A stretch of DNA of 64,000 nt. It comes from Cycas panzhihuaensis. Lineage: Eukaryota; Plantae; Cycadophyta. A program made the position numbers and the translations under genes. The notes beneath the pieces were generated by a model. It made no database searches, had not been told where the DNA came from, and saw only the letters and a program-made list of their open reading frames with translations. Of the stretch, positions 39,225 through 52,716 are shown one piece after another; position 1 is the stretch's first letter; each line of letters opens with the position of its first letter. Location of the stretch: the NCBI GenBank assembly GCA_023213395.1, contig CM041465.1:57915741-57979740 (forward strand), given 5' to 3'.

Positions 39225-40646
39225 TGTGGATTTATGTATTAATGTTGAGTGTCCCTTTTATCTTTCCTTAACTCTCATAGATATATTATATTGGGATATT
39301 AAGATGCATGCATGGGGTCGCAGACCAATTCATATAATTATCCTATTGGAGGACATACAAGTTCTTACATATGATTGGACAAGTATGAGGTGACACGTAC
39401 TATAAGTATGTATTCATACTAATGCAATAATTGAAGATGATCATTTTCCACAAGCTTTGTTATATTATGTATCTGTACATACTTCATTTTACATTTGTTT
39501 CTTTATTGTTTTGTTATTAATCACCTCAAGCTTGTTGCATATTTTACTTTAATATTATTATCTTTCTAATATGATGATTACAAAGGTAAACTTTGAATCC
39601 TATCTTTTGACATGGTATTAGAGCGAGTGTTGAATCCAAGCCTGCTCAGCCATGGTGAGGTGAAGATCTTGTGAATCAGAGTAGCTTGTTGGACCAATCT
39701 TTTTCCCCTATTGATAAGCCTTTTGAGCCAGAGTTTGAGCCTATTTATAAGCCAGTTTAGTGAGGTGCCATCGTGAAAGCTGTCATTGGAGAGCCCATTT
39801 GGTTCTTGTTCCCTTCGTTTGGCATCGTTCGATTGATAAACCCTAGTTCAGGAATGGCATGCGAAGATGGTAGGCCACCTATTAATGAATATTATGCATA
39901 ACATCCGTGAATGGAGACTTTCCATTAGAATGGTCTACGCTTGTTGGAATCTCTGCAAGAAAGGAGAAGGGAGCGCAACTGATGAAAAAAGAAAAAAAAG
40001 AGGCCCCTATGTGAATGAATATGACCGCCATGGAAAATCTCTACAAACGATGACTACCTTGTTAGAAGTATTGTACATTTCCATTTCATTTCATTTTAGG
40101 TTCATTAGCATAATTGCTCATATAGAATATTCTAGAGAGAGAATATACCTAGTCAATGTTTTAAAAGTCAAAGATACTCCAACTATTAATGAGGTAGTTT
40201 GAGCACACCAAAATTTATGGGAGCGTTGGAGTTGTTGAACCACCTCCTATGTTTAGATTTAGTGTAAAGTTATAAATATGTACTTGTACTATTCATCTTT
40301 TTTAATGAAAATTGGAGAGTTGAATTTTATTGACGTATCATCACTTTTTGCTTCATTATGCATGTGGTCTATGTTGTAAGGCTAGCTTATATCCCTCATT
40401 CTGACATGGTATCAGAGCACTCAAGTTCTGCCATGTATGATTATTAATGTATAAACTCTCTTCTGTCTAAAAATTGTTGCTCTTGTCATGATCTCAGTAG
40501 TACAAACCACTTGTCTCTCTAGCCTGTGCAGCCACTGAGTGTCAACCAATGAGAATTAGTTGCTAGGGCAGAAGGTTGTTGCTTAAACCTGGTACGTGTT
40601 TGTATGTGCTAACATACTACTCCATGTCACCAAACGAAAGTGCACG

Positions 40647-40895
40647 GAGGATGGAAGACTGGATGATGCAGTCTTTGCGCAGACGACGGAAGATGCATGA
40701 CGCAAGTCCCTGCATGAAGAAGTTTGGGCACATGGGAGAAGACGACGGAAGACTGGACGGCACAGTCTCTGCATAGATGACGAAAGACGCATGGTGCAAG
40801 TCCCTACATGAAGAAGTCTGGGTGCACGAGAGAAGACGATGGAAGATTGGACGGCACAGTCTCTGCACGAAGACATCCGGGCGCACGGGAGACGA
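40647..40895. repeat. GC/CpG-rich tandem repeat, period 94 bp, ~2.6 copies, in the Copia leader
   Basis: GA(G/C)GA(T/C)GGAAGA(C/T)TGGA at 40647, 40741 and 40835. Confidence 0.85.
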
Positions 40896-41530
40896 AGAAC
40901 GGAAGACGCAGTGCCACCATTTAGTGCCAGACAAGACATCAACAGAGAACGTACGGTGCAGGACGGAACGAACGCCAGACAGAACATCAACAGTGACGGA
41001 CAGAGATCGCCGGACGGGACGCTGATGGAGAATGGAAGTTTGCAAGTCGCCGGACAGTGAACGACAGACAAAAACTTTAGTCGTCGATTTATATAAATCT
41101 CAAAAAAGGGGGGGCTAATGTTTATAACCTTATGTTATAAACATTAGCATATTCACAAAAGAATATTCTAATACAAAACACCTTCTAAAAGCATAGTGTT
41201 AAGTTTTAAAAAGTTCTTTTCCTTCTTCCTTGAAAATATTATTTGTCAAATCAAAAAGGACTAATAATTGTTCCTCATAGTGGGTCTGATATGGAAGATT
41301 AGAATTGCAATTATATCTTTCTCAAGGTATTTAATGGAGTCATTTAGTATAGTGTAGTATATTCTTTTGAATGTGCTTATTCTATTTCCATTATTCTCTT
41401 TTGTCTTCCTCTTTAAAGTGTTATTCTTATTGTATCTTTAAGAATACCTTAAACTACCTTGCGGTCACTGAGTAAAATTAAAAGCTCATACTTGCGGTAG
41501 TGTAAGTACTTGTTTTAGTCACAAGTCATA

Positions 41531-44500
41531 ATGGCTTCAGTGAACATTAGAAGATACATACTGCCTGACTCACAAAAGCTTGATGGCAAAAACTATGTAA
41601 TTTGAAAATTTAAAATTTCCAACATTTTAGTTTTACAAAGGCTTATGGAGATCGTGGAAGAAAAAGATAAAAGGCCTGAATAAGACCCTGTCGATGAGAT
41701 CGAAGAAGCAACTTGGTTTGATAGAAACCAAAAAGCATTAGCAATTATTAATCTGTCTGTAGCTGATGAGTTGATCACTCATCTTCAAGGCAAGACACTT
41801 GCATCAGAAGCTTGGAAGACTCTTAAAGACTTTATTTGAAACAAAAAATGAAATTAGAGTCTTGTACCTTAGAAATCTATTCTATTCATGTAAAATGTCA
41901 AACAATGACTCTATCACTTCACATTTGCAAAAACTGAAAGAGATTAAAGAATAGTTTATAGCAGTAGGTGAAGATATACAAGATAGAGAACTTGTGAGCA
42001 TAACATTGAATAGCTTGCATGGAGGATTGCATATATTTGTGACAAGTATCTGTCTAACAAGTCAACTAGAACCTCTAACATTTGAGGAGTTAAGTGGCTT
42101 ACTGTTGCAAGAGGAACAACGTATGGGTTTCTATAATGAAGGTGGAAGTAGTACTATAGTACTTGCATCAAAATTCAAGAAAAAACCTACGAACCATGTT
42201 CCAAAGCATCAACCTCAAGCAAGCAACAACACTTGAAAATAAAAAAAAGATGTTACTTATAAATATTGCAACAAGAAAGGACATATTGAAATACAGTATT
42301 GGAAAGATAAGGATGATATGAAGAAAACAACTACTACTTTGTCAACAAAAGAAAATGACAAAGTATTTATAGTCAATGCTACAAGCCAAAATCTATGTGA
42401 ATGGTATGTTGATTCTGGAGCATCTAAACATATCACTTATCAAAAAGATTGGTTTGAAGAATTAAAGGAGTATAGCATTCCTCCCAATGTACTTGGAGAC
42501 AATAGTTAACATCCAGTTGTTGGTTACGGCACCATTTGTATTCGTCAGCCAAATTATGAAACCTTTAAGGTTTCTAATATGTTATTTGTACCCTCCTTCA
42601 AGCACAACTTATTATCTATTAGTTGTATAACTAAGCAAGACATCAAGGTAGAATTTGACAAGTCAAGGTGTTTGATGAAGAAAGACAATGATGTAATAGC
42701 TCAAAGTGTACATGAGAATGGAGTTTATAAATTCTCTGGCACTTATGAGCTTGGTCTTATTGCTAAAGATTTAGTTGACACTTTATGGCATGACCGATAT
42801 GGTCATTTGAATTATACCAATCTTCAGCTTATGCATAGATTGAACATGGTAAATAATTTACCTTCAATCAAGAAAACTAACAAAGTGTGTGAAGTTTGTG
42901 CACTTGGAAAGCTGCATAGGGAACCATTCTAGAAATCAAAGTGGCGAGCTAAGGAAAAGTTAGAGTTGGTACACTCTGACTTATGTGGGCCAATTTCACG
43001 ACACTCATATGGAGGAGCACAACATTTCATCACTTTTATTGATGATTTTGTTGGGTGTATCTCATTAAACACAAATCAGATGTTTTTGCAATGTTTAGGA
43101 AATTCAAGGTTGAAGCTGAGAATTATTCCAATAGAAAGATAAAAATCTTAAGAAGTGAAAGTGGAGGTGAATATATATCCAATGAATTCATCAAGTTTGC
43201 AAAAATCATGGAATACAACATCAACTTACAATCGCATACACTCCATAACAAAATGGTGTTGCAGAGCAAAAGAATCGTACAATTCTTGAAATCGCACGAT
43301 GTATGATAAAGGCAAGAAAAGTTCCTAAAGGACTTTGGGAAGAAGCTGTTAATATAGTTGTGTACTTGTTAAATATTAGTCCTACCAAGGTAGTCAGAAA
43401 CATAACTCCTGAAGAAACTTGGACTAATGTAAAACCTTTTGCTTCACATCTTAGAATTTTTGGATGTATTGCTTATGTACATGTGCCATATGAAAGAAGG
43501 CACAAACTTGATGACAAGAGTACAAAATGTATTCTTGTAGGTTATAGGTTGACATCAAAAGTATATAGGCTTTGGAGCCTCACTGACCAGAAAATTGTCC
43601 TTAGTAGAGATGTTTTATTTCAAGAAACAGATGAAGATGATCAGCTCATTGTACTTGTTGAAGAAGAACAAAAACATAAAGGAAAAGAAATATGTGATAG
43701 TGAGGAAAGTAAAGAAAGTGATCATAGTGAAGCTTCCACCTCATCTACCCCTACTCCTATATCGTTTCCTAGTTCTTTAAAGAAATTGCCAAAATGGTAT
43801 TTGGAAACCATTCAAGATTCTGGAGAAGTAAATTTAGATTCAGGAATTCAAACAAGAAGCAAAACTAATCTTGTTTTAATGGCAAATCTCGTAAGTGTTG
43901 AGGAGCCACAAACATTTCATGAAGCCAAAGATGTGACTCATTGGCAAAATGCCATGAAGGAAGAGTATGACTCTATCATGAAAAATGACACTTGGGATCT
44001 TGTCAAATTACCTCCACGCAAAAAGGTAATTGGTTGCAGATGGCTGTATTGAGTCAAGTATCAATTCAATGGTGCCATAAAAAGATATAAAGCTTGACTT
44101 GTTGCAAAAGGCTATGCTCAAACACCTAGAATTAATTATGAAGAGACTTTCGCACCTGTAGCAAAGATGACTACTATAAGGATGTTGATTTCTCTTGCAG
44201 CTCAGATCGGTTGGGAGCTTCATCAAATGGATGTAAAAAATGCCTTCTTGAATGGCGTTTTGAATGAAGAAGTCTATATGAAACAACCAGAAGGGTTTGA
44301 AAAAGGAGGAAATGAACAACTTGTTTGCAAGTTGAAGAAAGCTCTTTATGGGCTTAAACAAGCACCAAGGGTGTGGTACTCACGCATTGATGAATACTTT
44401 GTCTCACTTGGATTCATAAGATGCGAATCAGATCATAGCTTATATGTGTTGCATAAGGATGATAATATCCTAATTGTAGCTTCGTATGTGGATGATCTTA

Positions 44501-45452
44501 TTTTGACTAGCTCTAATGTTGAAGGATCAGCATACTCAAAAAGCAACTATCAAAAGTTTTTGAAATGACTGATTTTGGTCTATTACACTTCTACCTAGGA
44601 ATGGAAATATGGCAGAAGAAAGATCATATCTTTGTATCTCAGTCAAAGTATGCTTATAATTTTTTAAAACGCTTCCATATGGAGAATTGTAAACCAAATG
44701 CTACTCCAATGGAAGTTGGTCTCAAATTGGTAAAAGAAAGTGATGATAAAACAGTAGATGAAACTCTATATAGGCAACTAGTGGGAAGTCTCATATATTT
44801 GACTAACACTAGACCTGATTTGAGTTATGTTGTTGGTATTGTATCAAGATATATGAATGCTCCTTCCATATCACATTGGAAAGTAGCAAAGCGCATTCTG
44901 AGATATGTTCGTGGAACTATTTGGTTTGGACTACTATTTCAAAAATCTTTTGAATTTGTACTACATGGATTCACCGATTCAGACTGGGCAAAAGATGCTG
45001 ACACAAGAAGATCTACATCAGGATATACATTTGCACTCAGTTCTGGGATGATCTCATGGAGCAGTAAATTGCAATCAACAATTTCCTTATCATCTACTAA
45101 AGTTGAATACAAAGCTGCAGTACACGCAACTTGTGAGGCTATTTGGCTTAGAGGACTTCTTAGCCACTTCAAACTTGTCCAAGATGAACCTACTCAATTA
45201 TTTTGTGATAATCAAGGAGCAATCCAACTGTCAAAGAATCCAATTTTCCACGCAAGGAGCAAACACATGGAAATTCATCATCATTTTATTCGGGAACAAG
45301 TGGAGAATGGTGTAGTGGAATTGATCTACTGTAGCTCAAGTGATCAAATTGCAGATTTACTCACCAAAGCATTGAGTCGTGAAAATTTTGAGACATTAAG
45401 GACATTAATGTTTGTAAGAGAAAATGAACTTAACATTATGGGAGGGTGTTAG
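41531..45452 (+). pseudogene. Copia gag-pol polyprotein with several stops and frameshifts
   Basis: KLDGKNY (gag), WYVDSGASKH (PR), LWHDRYGHLN/VCEVCALGK (IN), HQMDVKNAFLNG/LYGLKQAPRVWY/YVDDLI (RT), GFTDSDWA/ADLLTKAL (RNase H); the frame runs into the 3' LTR. Confidence 0.95.
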
Positions 45453-48400
45453 AAGTAATGTACATTCCCATTTCATTTCATTTAAGTTCATTTTAGGTTC
45501 ATTAGAATAATTGCTCATATAGAATATTCTAGATGAGAATATTCTAGAGAGAGAATATACCTAGTCAATGTTCTAGAAATCAAAGATACTCCAACTATTA
45601 ATGAGGTACTTTGAGCACACCAAAATTTATGGGAGTGTTGGAGTTGTTGAACCACCTCCTATGTTTAGACTTAGTGTAAAGTTATAAATATCTACTTGTA
45701 CCATTCATCTTTTTTAATGAGAATTGGAGAGTTGAGTCTTATTAACGTATCATCACTTTTTGCTTCATTATGCATGTGGTCTATGTTGTAAGGCTAGCTT
45801 ATATCTCTCATTCTGACATACCTACGTGGAAAAAAGAAGCCATGGAGAATTGATCGATTGATGAAGGAGAAAGGCGAAAGCGTTTGGTCATAGAGAAAAT
45901 GTTTTCCCGTCTGTCTATAGAATGGTGTCTACATGGAGGAAACTTATCATACAAGCACCTACTCATAGATGGTTGGAGGGATCGTTACGGCTATGAAGAG
46001 ATGGCACACAGAAGAGATGCTCAATCATCGTTGGTGAAAGAAATGTGCCATTGGTGATAAAAGAACAACCCACAAATCCAACTGCCACTGACCAGGCGAA
46101 GCTACAAAATGCCCGCAGATCACAGGCGACCAACACCCTACAATTGATGTGTGTATTGATACGCGTGGGAAGAGGAGTTGGAGATTGAATCACGCCACAA
46201 ATTTCCCGAAGAATCTACAGGTGGACAAAAGAATTTGAAGAACTCTGTAGGCCATATCATTGCCATAGCGAACGCCACTCACAATATGCAAACACAGTGC
46301 ACCCAACCCCTATACTGCCTATCGCACAACTCAAAGAAAGTTAGCCAGGAACTGAAGTCTGATCACGCCTGTGCATCGAGAAATCCACAAAATTTTTGAT
46401 GCAACCAGAATAAATTTCGAAACAAATTATTTGTAGAATTTTAAAATTTTACATTTAAAATGAAAATTGTAATTGCTTTTTATAAATTTTGAAATCCGTG
46501 GTTAGGGTTTAGTCCGTCAACAAAGAGGTCACGTGGAGAGCTCATACAACTGGGGGCTAAGCAGCGAAGGGGGCAGACTCCAAAATGCAGTTAATCATAT
46601 TGAAATGTTTTTGATTTTGCAAAATTGTTATTTGAAATTTGAATGATTTTTGAAATCCACCACCTATTTCTTAAGGATCGCGCAGATTTTCATGGGACAT
46701 TGGCATGTTTTCTATCATAACTTTTCACAAGGATGTTAGAATCAGGTGCCATCAGTTGTGTTAGAAAGACAACTTCGAGACGGTTGAAATGAGTGGTTGC
46801 ATGACATACTTCAGACAATAAATGACAGAGAAAATGAAGGGTAAAATTCATGCAAATGTTTAAAACTTCATAAAAAATGCATTTCATGATAATTTTCAAA
46901 TTTGTTCTCACATATCCTGCAGTTTCTTAGCATTCCTCACAATATGCTAAAGTTATTTCTACATTTAAATACAAGAAGAAGTATGTTTGGTTTAAAATTA
47001 AGCAAAAATTGCTAATTTATGACAATTTGAGGGCTCACATTGATGAAATTTCAGTAAAGTGTATTCATACATGTTGCACATCAATTTTTCCCCCTTGCAC
47101 ATATTCACATTTGGTTAAGTGCAATCCAAATACACTCACCAAATTGTCAAATCACCTGGTTTGATGCATCTTTTACCTAGTTTATTTAATACATGATCAC
47201 CACCTGCTATTTCTTATCCACCTAGTTATTTGACAATATGTTAGTTGTGAAGGTTCTCCAGTTAATATTCAGTAATTGAGGTTGACCAAATATTGAAGTT
47301 GCCATTGTTGATAGTGTTTAATGCAGCTCCACAGGTGAAGATATGAAGTCATGCAGAACTTCATATAATCCATGACAGTTAAGTCATAATGTTGATCCAT
47401 AACAATGAAGTCATGAAGATGTTTGTTAATGTTATGCCCTAATGTTATTCTTTTATTATGTTATTACAAACGTTTGGTAATTTGGCCAACTGTCCAAATC
47501 AACGAACTTCTCTCCCATTTATTCCAGAATCTTTCATACATTCGGTGGCTGGAAGATTGGGGAGATAGGATCTCGTTAGTACGTAGGTAAAAGGTTCCAG
47601 TCAGTAAGAGAGGGAGGATGAGATCCTCAACATGCTCCCATGTATATTCATTATTATTATTATAATATTATAATTATTTTCGAGGTGGTTTTTTATCCCC
47701 TAAAAGGGTTTTCCACCTGCCAGAGCTGGTGCACCTGTGTGTCTTGCTGAATGGATTGCTTTCATATATATTGAGCAATTGTTTGTACCCTCTCGCACAT
47801 GGTATCAGAGCAGGGTCTACCAGTGCCTTTCAGTAATTAGTATGGAGATCTTTGCATGCAGCCCTGTCACAAACTAATACAATGAATGAAGCAATACATG
47901 GCTCTTAAACGAGACAAGAAGAAGACGTTGTCCACCAGATGCCAAAGTCATTCTGAAAGGTTCTTCTAAGCATCAAACACATCATCGATATCCTTTCAAG
48001 GAGCCGCATATGATACCTCCTTTATCTCCTTATTCACAACTCTCATAACCAAGTTGGTTCTTATAAGGAAGTGTCTGCGATTGTTGCGAGCATTAATGTC
48101 AAAGCAAAGGATCTAGAGACGTCCATTGGAGGAGGCAATGTGAGAGGAGAGGAAGCATGCACGTTCTGACAACGATCATTGAAGAACACTAGACGGATGT
48201 AGATGCCAAAATACAACGGTAGAAGTAATACACGGATGCGGCCCATTGCCCTGCAGACATCCACGGCTACAGGTTCATGGCTTTGTTGGCGTAGACTCTA
48301 CCAAATCATCCACAGCTCCGCCTGAGATTCATTGCACCAAAGATGGATGAAAACGCACTCACGCACCTCACGAACCTCCACGGCCCATGCCATTACCGAA

Positions 48401-49647
48401 GAAGATGCCATTACCAGAGACAATGAAGCACACCATTACTAGAGACGGAGCTCATGCACCTTGCATCCTCGCTTCTACCCAGAAGTATTTGGGCCAGTAG
48501 AAACGGATGGCACAAGAGTCAAACCAGATTGTCCTCCAAAAGAACGTGTCGAGAGTTGGTCGTGACCATTCTTAGACATAGAAGACGACGATGAAACATC
48601 CTCACAGAGAAGAGAAGACGCCAACGATACGCAGCCCGCCGTTGCATTGGTAAAACCCGATTAGAGTTCCTTCATGATTGCCAGACGCCAAAATTATTAA
48701 AATCCTCCATAAAGTTTTTTCAAATGCAAAAACTTTTAAATTTATTTTGTATTATTTCGAATCTGCCCTCATACTCCTTTATTTACTTTTTCTTCTAAAG
48801 TTTATGTTAATCAAACTAAATTGCATTATTGTTTCGAGTCCATAAGTTCCTAAGCCCCCCAGCCCCCCGGTCTCATCACCATCTAATATGACCATGACCC
48901 TATTATGAAAAGGGTCTAAAATTTCAATTTCGTTTTTCTATTTTTTTGTTTTTGAAGCAAAAATGGGGTACCTATGCTTTTTTCCCCATAACTTCCTCAT
49001 ATGGAGTCAGAATCCAATTCCAGAAGAAATGTCGGATTCCTGACTCAGACGCGGACATTTTGATTGGCCTTTCAAGTTTGTTGGATGCCATTTTGATTAG
49101 CAAATCCTTGTTCGAATTCAAGTCTTCATTTTCGTCCTAGTATGTTCAGGTACGTACCTCTAACCCATAATTTTCTTCACATTCTTGTTTTAATTTAATA
49201 CACAATTGATTATTTTTTAAATTTATCAAGTAACTATATTCTTTATTTGTGTATTTTAATAAATTCATGAAGTTTATTAAATCATTATTTCACTATTTTT
49301 TTAAATGTAAATGATGTTATAAACATGCAACACTTAATTGTTTCATTTAATTTATGATTTATTTTAAGTCACTAATATGCAACTGTCATATACTTGATTA
49401 TTTTTTCATAAATATTTGATTAAAAATCTTATACTTCTTGATCAATGATTATCAAACTTTCAATATTAATGAAATTATTTTCTGTCAATGGCAAATTAAC
49501 TTAAAGATTACCTTAATGTTCAGTATCTATCAATGAATTTATTTTTGTGACTTATTTACTTTATTCACTTACAATTTCAGTCAAACTTGTCATAACCTCT
49601 TCTAATTTTCTTCTAAGAGGATCTCTAATCGTCGGTTTGTTCCCAAT

Positions 49648-50586
49648 ATGGCACTTATGCCAGGGGCAACCTCCTGTGTATCAATTTCAATATTAACCGC
49701 CTCTAATTATGCCAATTGGAAAAATAGAATATCCCATCATCTTAAACAACAAAAGATATGGCGATATGTCACAGGAGAGTTTGCAAAACCTAAAGACGAA
49801 ACATCAGAAGCTTATATAGTCTATCTGATGAACTATGATGGAGCCCTAGGCACCATCCTAACCTCCCTCTCCCCAAACATTAGCAAGCATTTCTCTGATA
49901 TAGATGATATTGCCATTGTCTGGAAAACTCTTAAGGAAAAGTACGACAAGGTTGACACACAACAGTTAGCTACTTTAGAACAACAAATGTACGATCTAAA
50001 TTATGAAGACTTTCATAAAGTTGAAGATTTTTTATCAAAACATCAACTCATTAACAAAGACCTAGCAAATTATATCAAATCTTCCACAAAAGTAGGTGAT
50101 AAAGCGGTCATTGTAACACATGCAAAACACGACGATACACTCGTCTGTCTTGCAATTAATAAACTCTCAAAACACTTTAATCTTTTCAAAACTGTTAAGC
50201 AACAAGCAAGACATCCATCAATTACTTTTGATCAATTAACAAATCAACTAGTTGAACATCAAAACATGTTTATTCAGACTGGAAAACTAAAAGATCCTTC
50301 ACAGGCTCTTTTTTCCAAGTCACAACCAATTACTAAATCTAAACATCAAAATAATCATCATTATTCCAAATCCCAAAAACCTCATAGAGGTTCATCCACT
50401 CAAAATAATCCTCATCATAACACTAAGTATTCTGGATTACTTAAATCTCAGAATACCTCTAAACAGTCATTCTCAAAAAGGAATACTGTCAATACTAATC
50501 CTAATCAGAATATTAGTTGTGCTTACTGTCACAAAAAGGGGTACAATATTGATGTCTGTAGGAATAGAATTGCCTCTGAAGCTTGA
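49648..50586 (+). CDS. Copia gag (open 312 aa; zinc knuckle with the His replaced)
   Basis: ILTASNYANWKNRI...IWRYVTG; CAYCHKKGYNIDVC. Confidence 0.8.
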   Translation: MALMPGATSCVSISILTASNYANWKNRISHHLKQQKIWRYVTGEFAKPKDETSEAYIVYLMNYDGALGTILTSLSPNISKHFSDIDDIAIVWKTLKEKYDKVDTQQLATLEQQMYDLNYEDFHKVEDFLSKHQLINKDLANYIKSSTKVGDKAVIVTHAKHDDTLVCLAINKLSKHFNLFKTVKQQARHPSITFDQLTNQLVEHQNMFIQTGKLKDPSQALFSKSQPITKSKHQNNHHYSKSQKPHRGSSTQNNPHHNTKYSGLLKSQNTSKQSFSKRNTVNTNPNQNISCAYCHKKGYNIDVCRNRIASEA

Positions 50587-52515
50587 AAAGCTTCTAAGGG
50601 GATCCAATTACGATCCCACAATTCCCATTATTCCCTAACTGCTTCCACATTAGCTTTTTCAGCACCAACCACTCAACCACCTCTGTGGATTCTCGATTCA
50701 GGTGCTTCCCATCACATGATAGGACACCAAGAATACCTTGCTTCATATCAGTCTGATTCAAACTCTGACGAAGAGATCTCTTTTGGGAGTGGAACTCAAC
50801 TCAAAGTCAAAGGAACAGGTGATGTTGCTTTGAAAGATGGTTCAATTAAGGACGTATTCTACATTCTTGGCTTATTACCTAATCTCCTCTTAGTATATCA
50901 AATATGTCAGAAAAATCTCATTGTAGAATTCTGGAAAGATAAATTTATTATCAAACAACCATAAAATAAATTTAAATCAATTGCCTCATGACCTGCAGAT
51001 CACAAAACAGGTCTTTACAGCTTAACAAATCTCTAGCATTCTAAAACAAAAACCTTTAGTGCCTTTATAGCCAATTCTAACCCAGTGAAAGATAAATTTA
51101 TTATCAAACAACCATAAAATAAATTTAAATCAATTGCCTCATGACCTGCAGATCACAAAACAGGTCTTTACAGCTTAACAAATCTCTAGCATTCTAAAAC
51201 AAAAACCTTTAGTGCCTTTATAGCCAATTCTAACCCAGTCGGTAAGCTTTGGCATGCTCGATTCGATCATACGAGTTATGGAAAACTCCAGTATCTAAGT
51301 AAGCATGATATGGTTCATGGCTTACCTACATTAAAAACTGTCTATGGTGTTTGTGAAACCTGTGTCACAGGCAAACAACACATGGACCCTTTCCCAAAAC
51401 ATACTACCTTTCGAGCAAAGGCTCAACTTGAACTTATTCATTCTGATATCTGTGGTCCATTCTAAGTATCTTCATACTCTAGAAGCACATATTCCATCAC
51501 ATTTATTGATGATTTATCTAGAAAATGCTAGTTATACATTCTAAAAACAAGAAGTCAAGTATTTGATATTTTTGTTGAATCCAAAATCTTAGTTGAAAAC
51601 CAAACAAACTTTAAAATCAAAATCTTCAGAACAGATAATGCTAAGAAATACTTGAGTAACAATTTACTAATTACTGCAAAAAACATGGAATACAATTGCA
51701 ACATTCTGTAGCATATACGTCTCAACAAAATGGTGTTGCTAAATGCAAAAATCGTACACTTGTTGAGATTACCAGATGCATGTTACATGCAAAAGGTTTT
51801 GACTTAAAGTTGTGGGCAAAAGCTATTGCTTGCTCCAACTATTTATTAAATCGCTTACTATGCAAATCTCTACAGAATATTACGTCAGAACAAAAATGGT
51901 CTGGGCATAAACCTTTTGTTAAACATTTAAGAATCTTCGGCAGCATTGCTTGGGGGCATGTTCTCAAAGAAAAACGACAGAAACTTGATCTTAAAGGTTT
52001 CAAATACATCTTTATTGGTTACAGTGAAGAAAGCAAAGCTTACAAACTTCTAAATCCAACCACGCATAAGATTTCAATCTTGCGTGATGTTATATTTGAT
52101 GCAGAAGGCTTTTCATCAAAAACTTCTTATGTTAAACTACCAGTTGAAAACCTGCTGACTAATACTCACTTAATTGATCCCAATGACATACAAGCTGATC
52201 CTAAATCAATTGAGTCCTTATTTACTCAAGTCCAAAACCAGACTTTAAAAGAATCAACTACCTCTACTTCATCTAGTCAGCCTACATCACCAAAACAACA
52301 ACCCAACAATAGCAAACAACCTGTTTGGGCTCAAAAAACTCTTTCTAATGCTGGTTCTGATGCTGGTAATCCTTTGGATACCAGAAGAACTCGTTCCCAA
52401 AAACTTTAGACCAATTTTGCTCTAATGGTCAAAGTCATAGCCAGTGATGATCACAATACCTTTAAACAAGCAAGTAACAATCCCATATGGCAACAAGCCA
52501 TGCAAGTTGAAATAG
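50587..52515 (+). pseudogene. Copia protease and integrase up to the first RT residues, disrupted
   Basis: WILDSGASHHM; LWHARF; QQNGVAKCKNRTLVEITRCML; ends at WQQAMQVEID. Confidence 0.9.
50934..51239. repeat. Perfect 153-bp tandem duplication
   Basis: 50934-51086 equals 51087-51239. Confidence 0.95.
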
Positions 52516-52716
52516 ATATTATAATTATTTTTGAGGTGGTTTTTTATCCCCTAAAGGGGTTTTCCACCTGCCAGATCTGGTGAACCTGTATGTCTTGCTG
52601 AATAGATTGCTTTCATATATATTAAGTAATTGTTTGTACCCTCTCTAACAATGTTGATGATGTTGATTGTTGACATATAAGGATTTTTTGGTGTGAAGTC
52701 CAAACCATACCAAAAA

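Larger units (their letters stand above)
40060..45818 (+). mobile_element. Full-length Ty1/Copia LTR retrotransposon
   Basis: LTRs 40060-40406 and 45447-45818; exact TSD TACCT; PBS TGGTATCAGAGC (40407-40418); PPT GGGAGGG; gag-PR-IN-RT-RH. Confidence 0.97.
47424..52650 (+). mobile_element. Ty1/Copia element lacking RT-RH, PPT and the first ~240 bp of the 3' LTR
   Basis: Exact TSD ATGTT (47419-47423, 52651-52655); 5' LTR 47424-47799; PBS 47800-47811; 52516-52650 matches 47665-47799. Confidence 0.93.
39225..52716 (+). mobile_element. LTR element related to the 37095 family, inserted into its 3' LTR; internal region interrupted by later insertions and probably continuing beyond the window
   Basis: LTR 39225-39612 (TG..CA) shares the core TATGATTGGACAAGTATGAGGTGAC...GATGATCATTT; PBS TGGTATTAGAGC (39613-39624); internal pieces 39625-40059, 45819-47423 and 52651-52716; no 3' LTR in window. 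Confidence 0.65.

Noticed and set aside
40576-41071. Overlapping ORFs as an accessory or env-like gene
   Set aside because: They coincide with a GC-rich 94-bp repeat (period not a multiple of 3) that is open in several frames.
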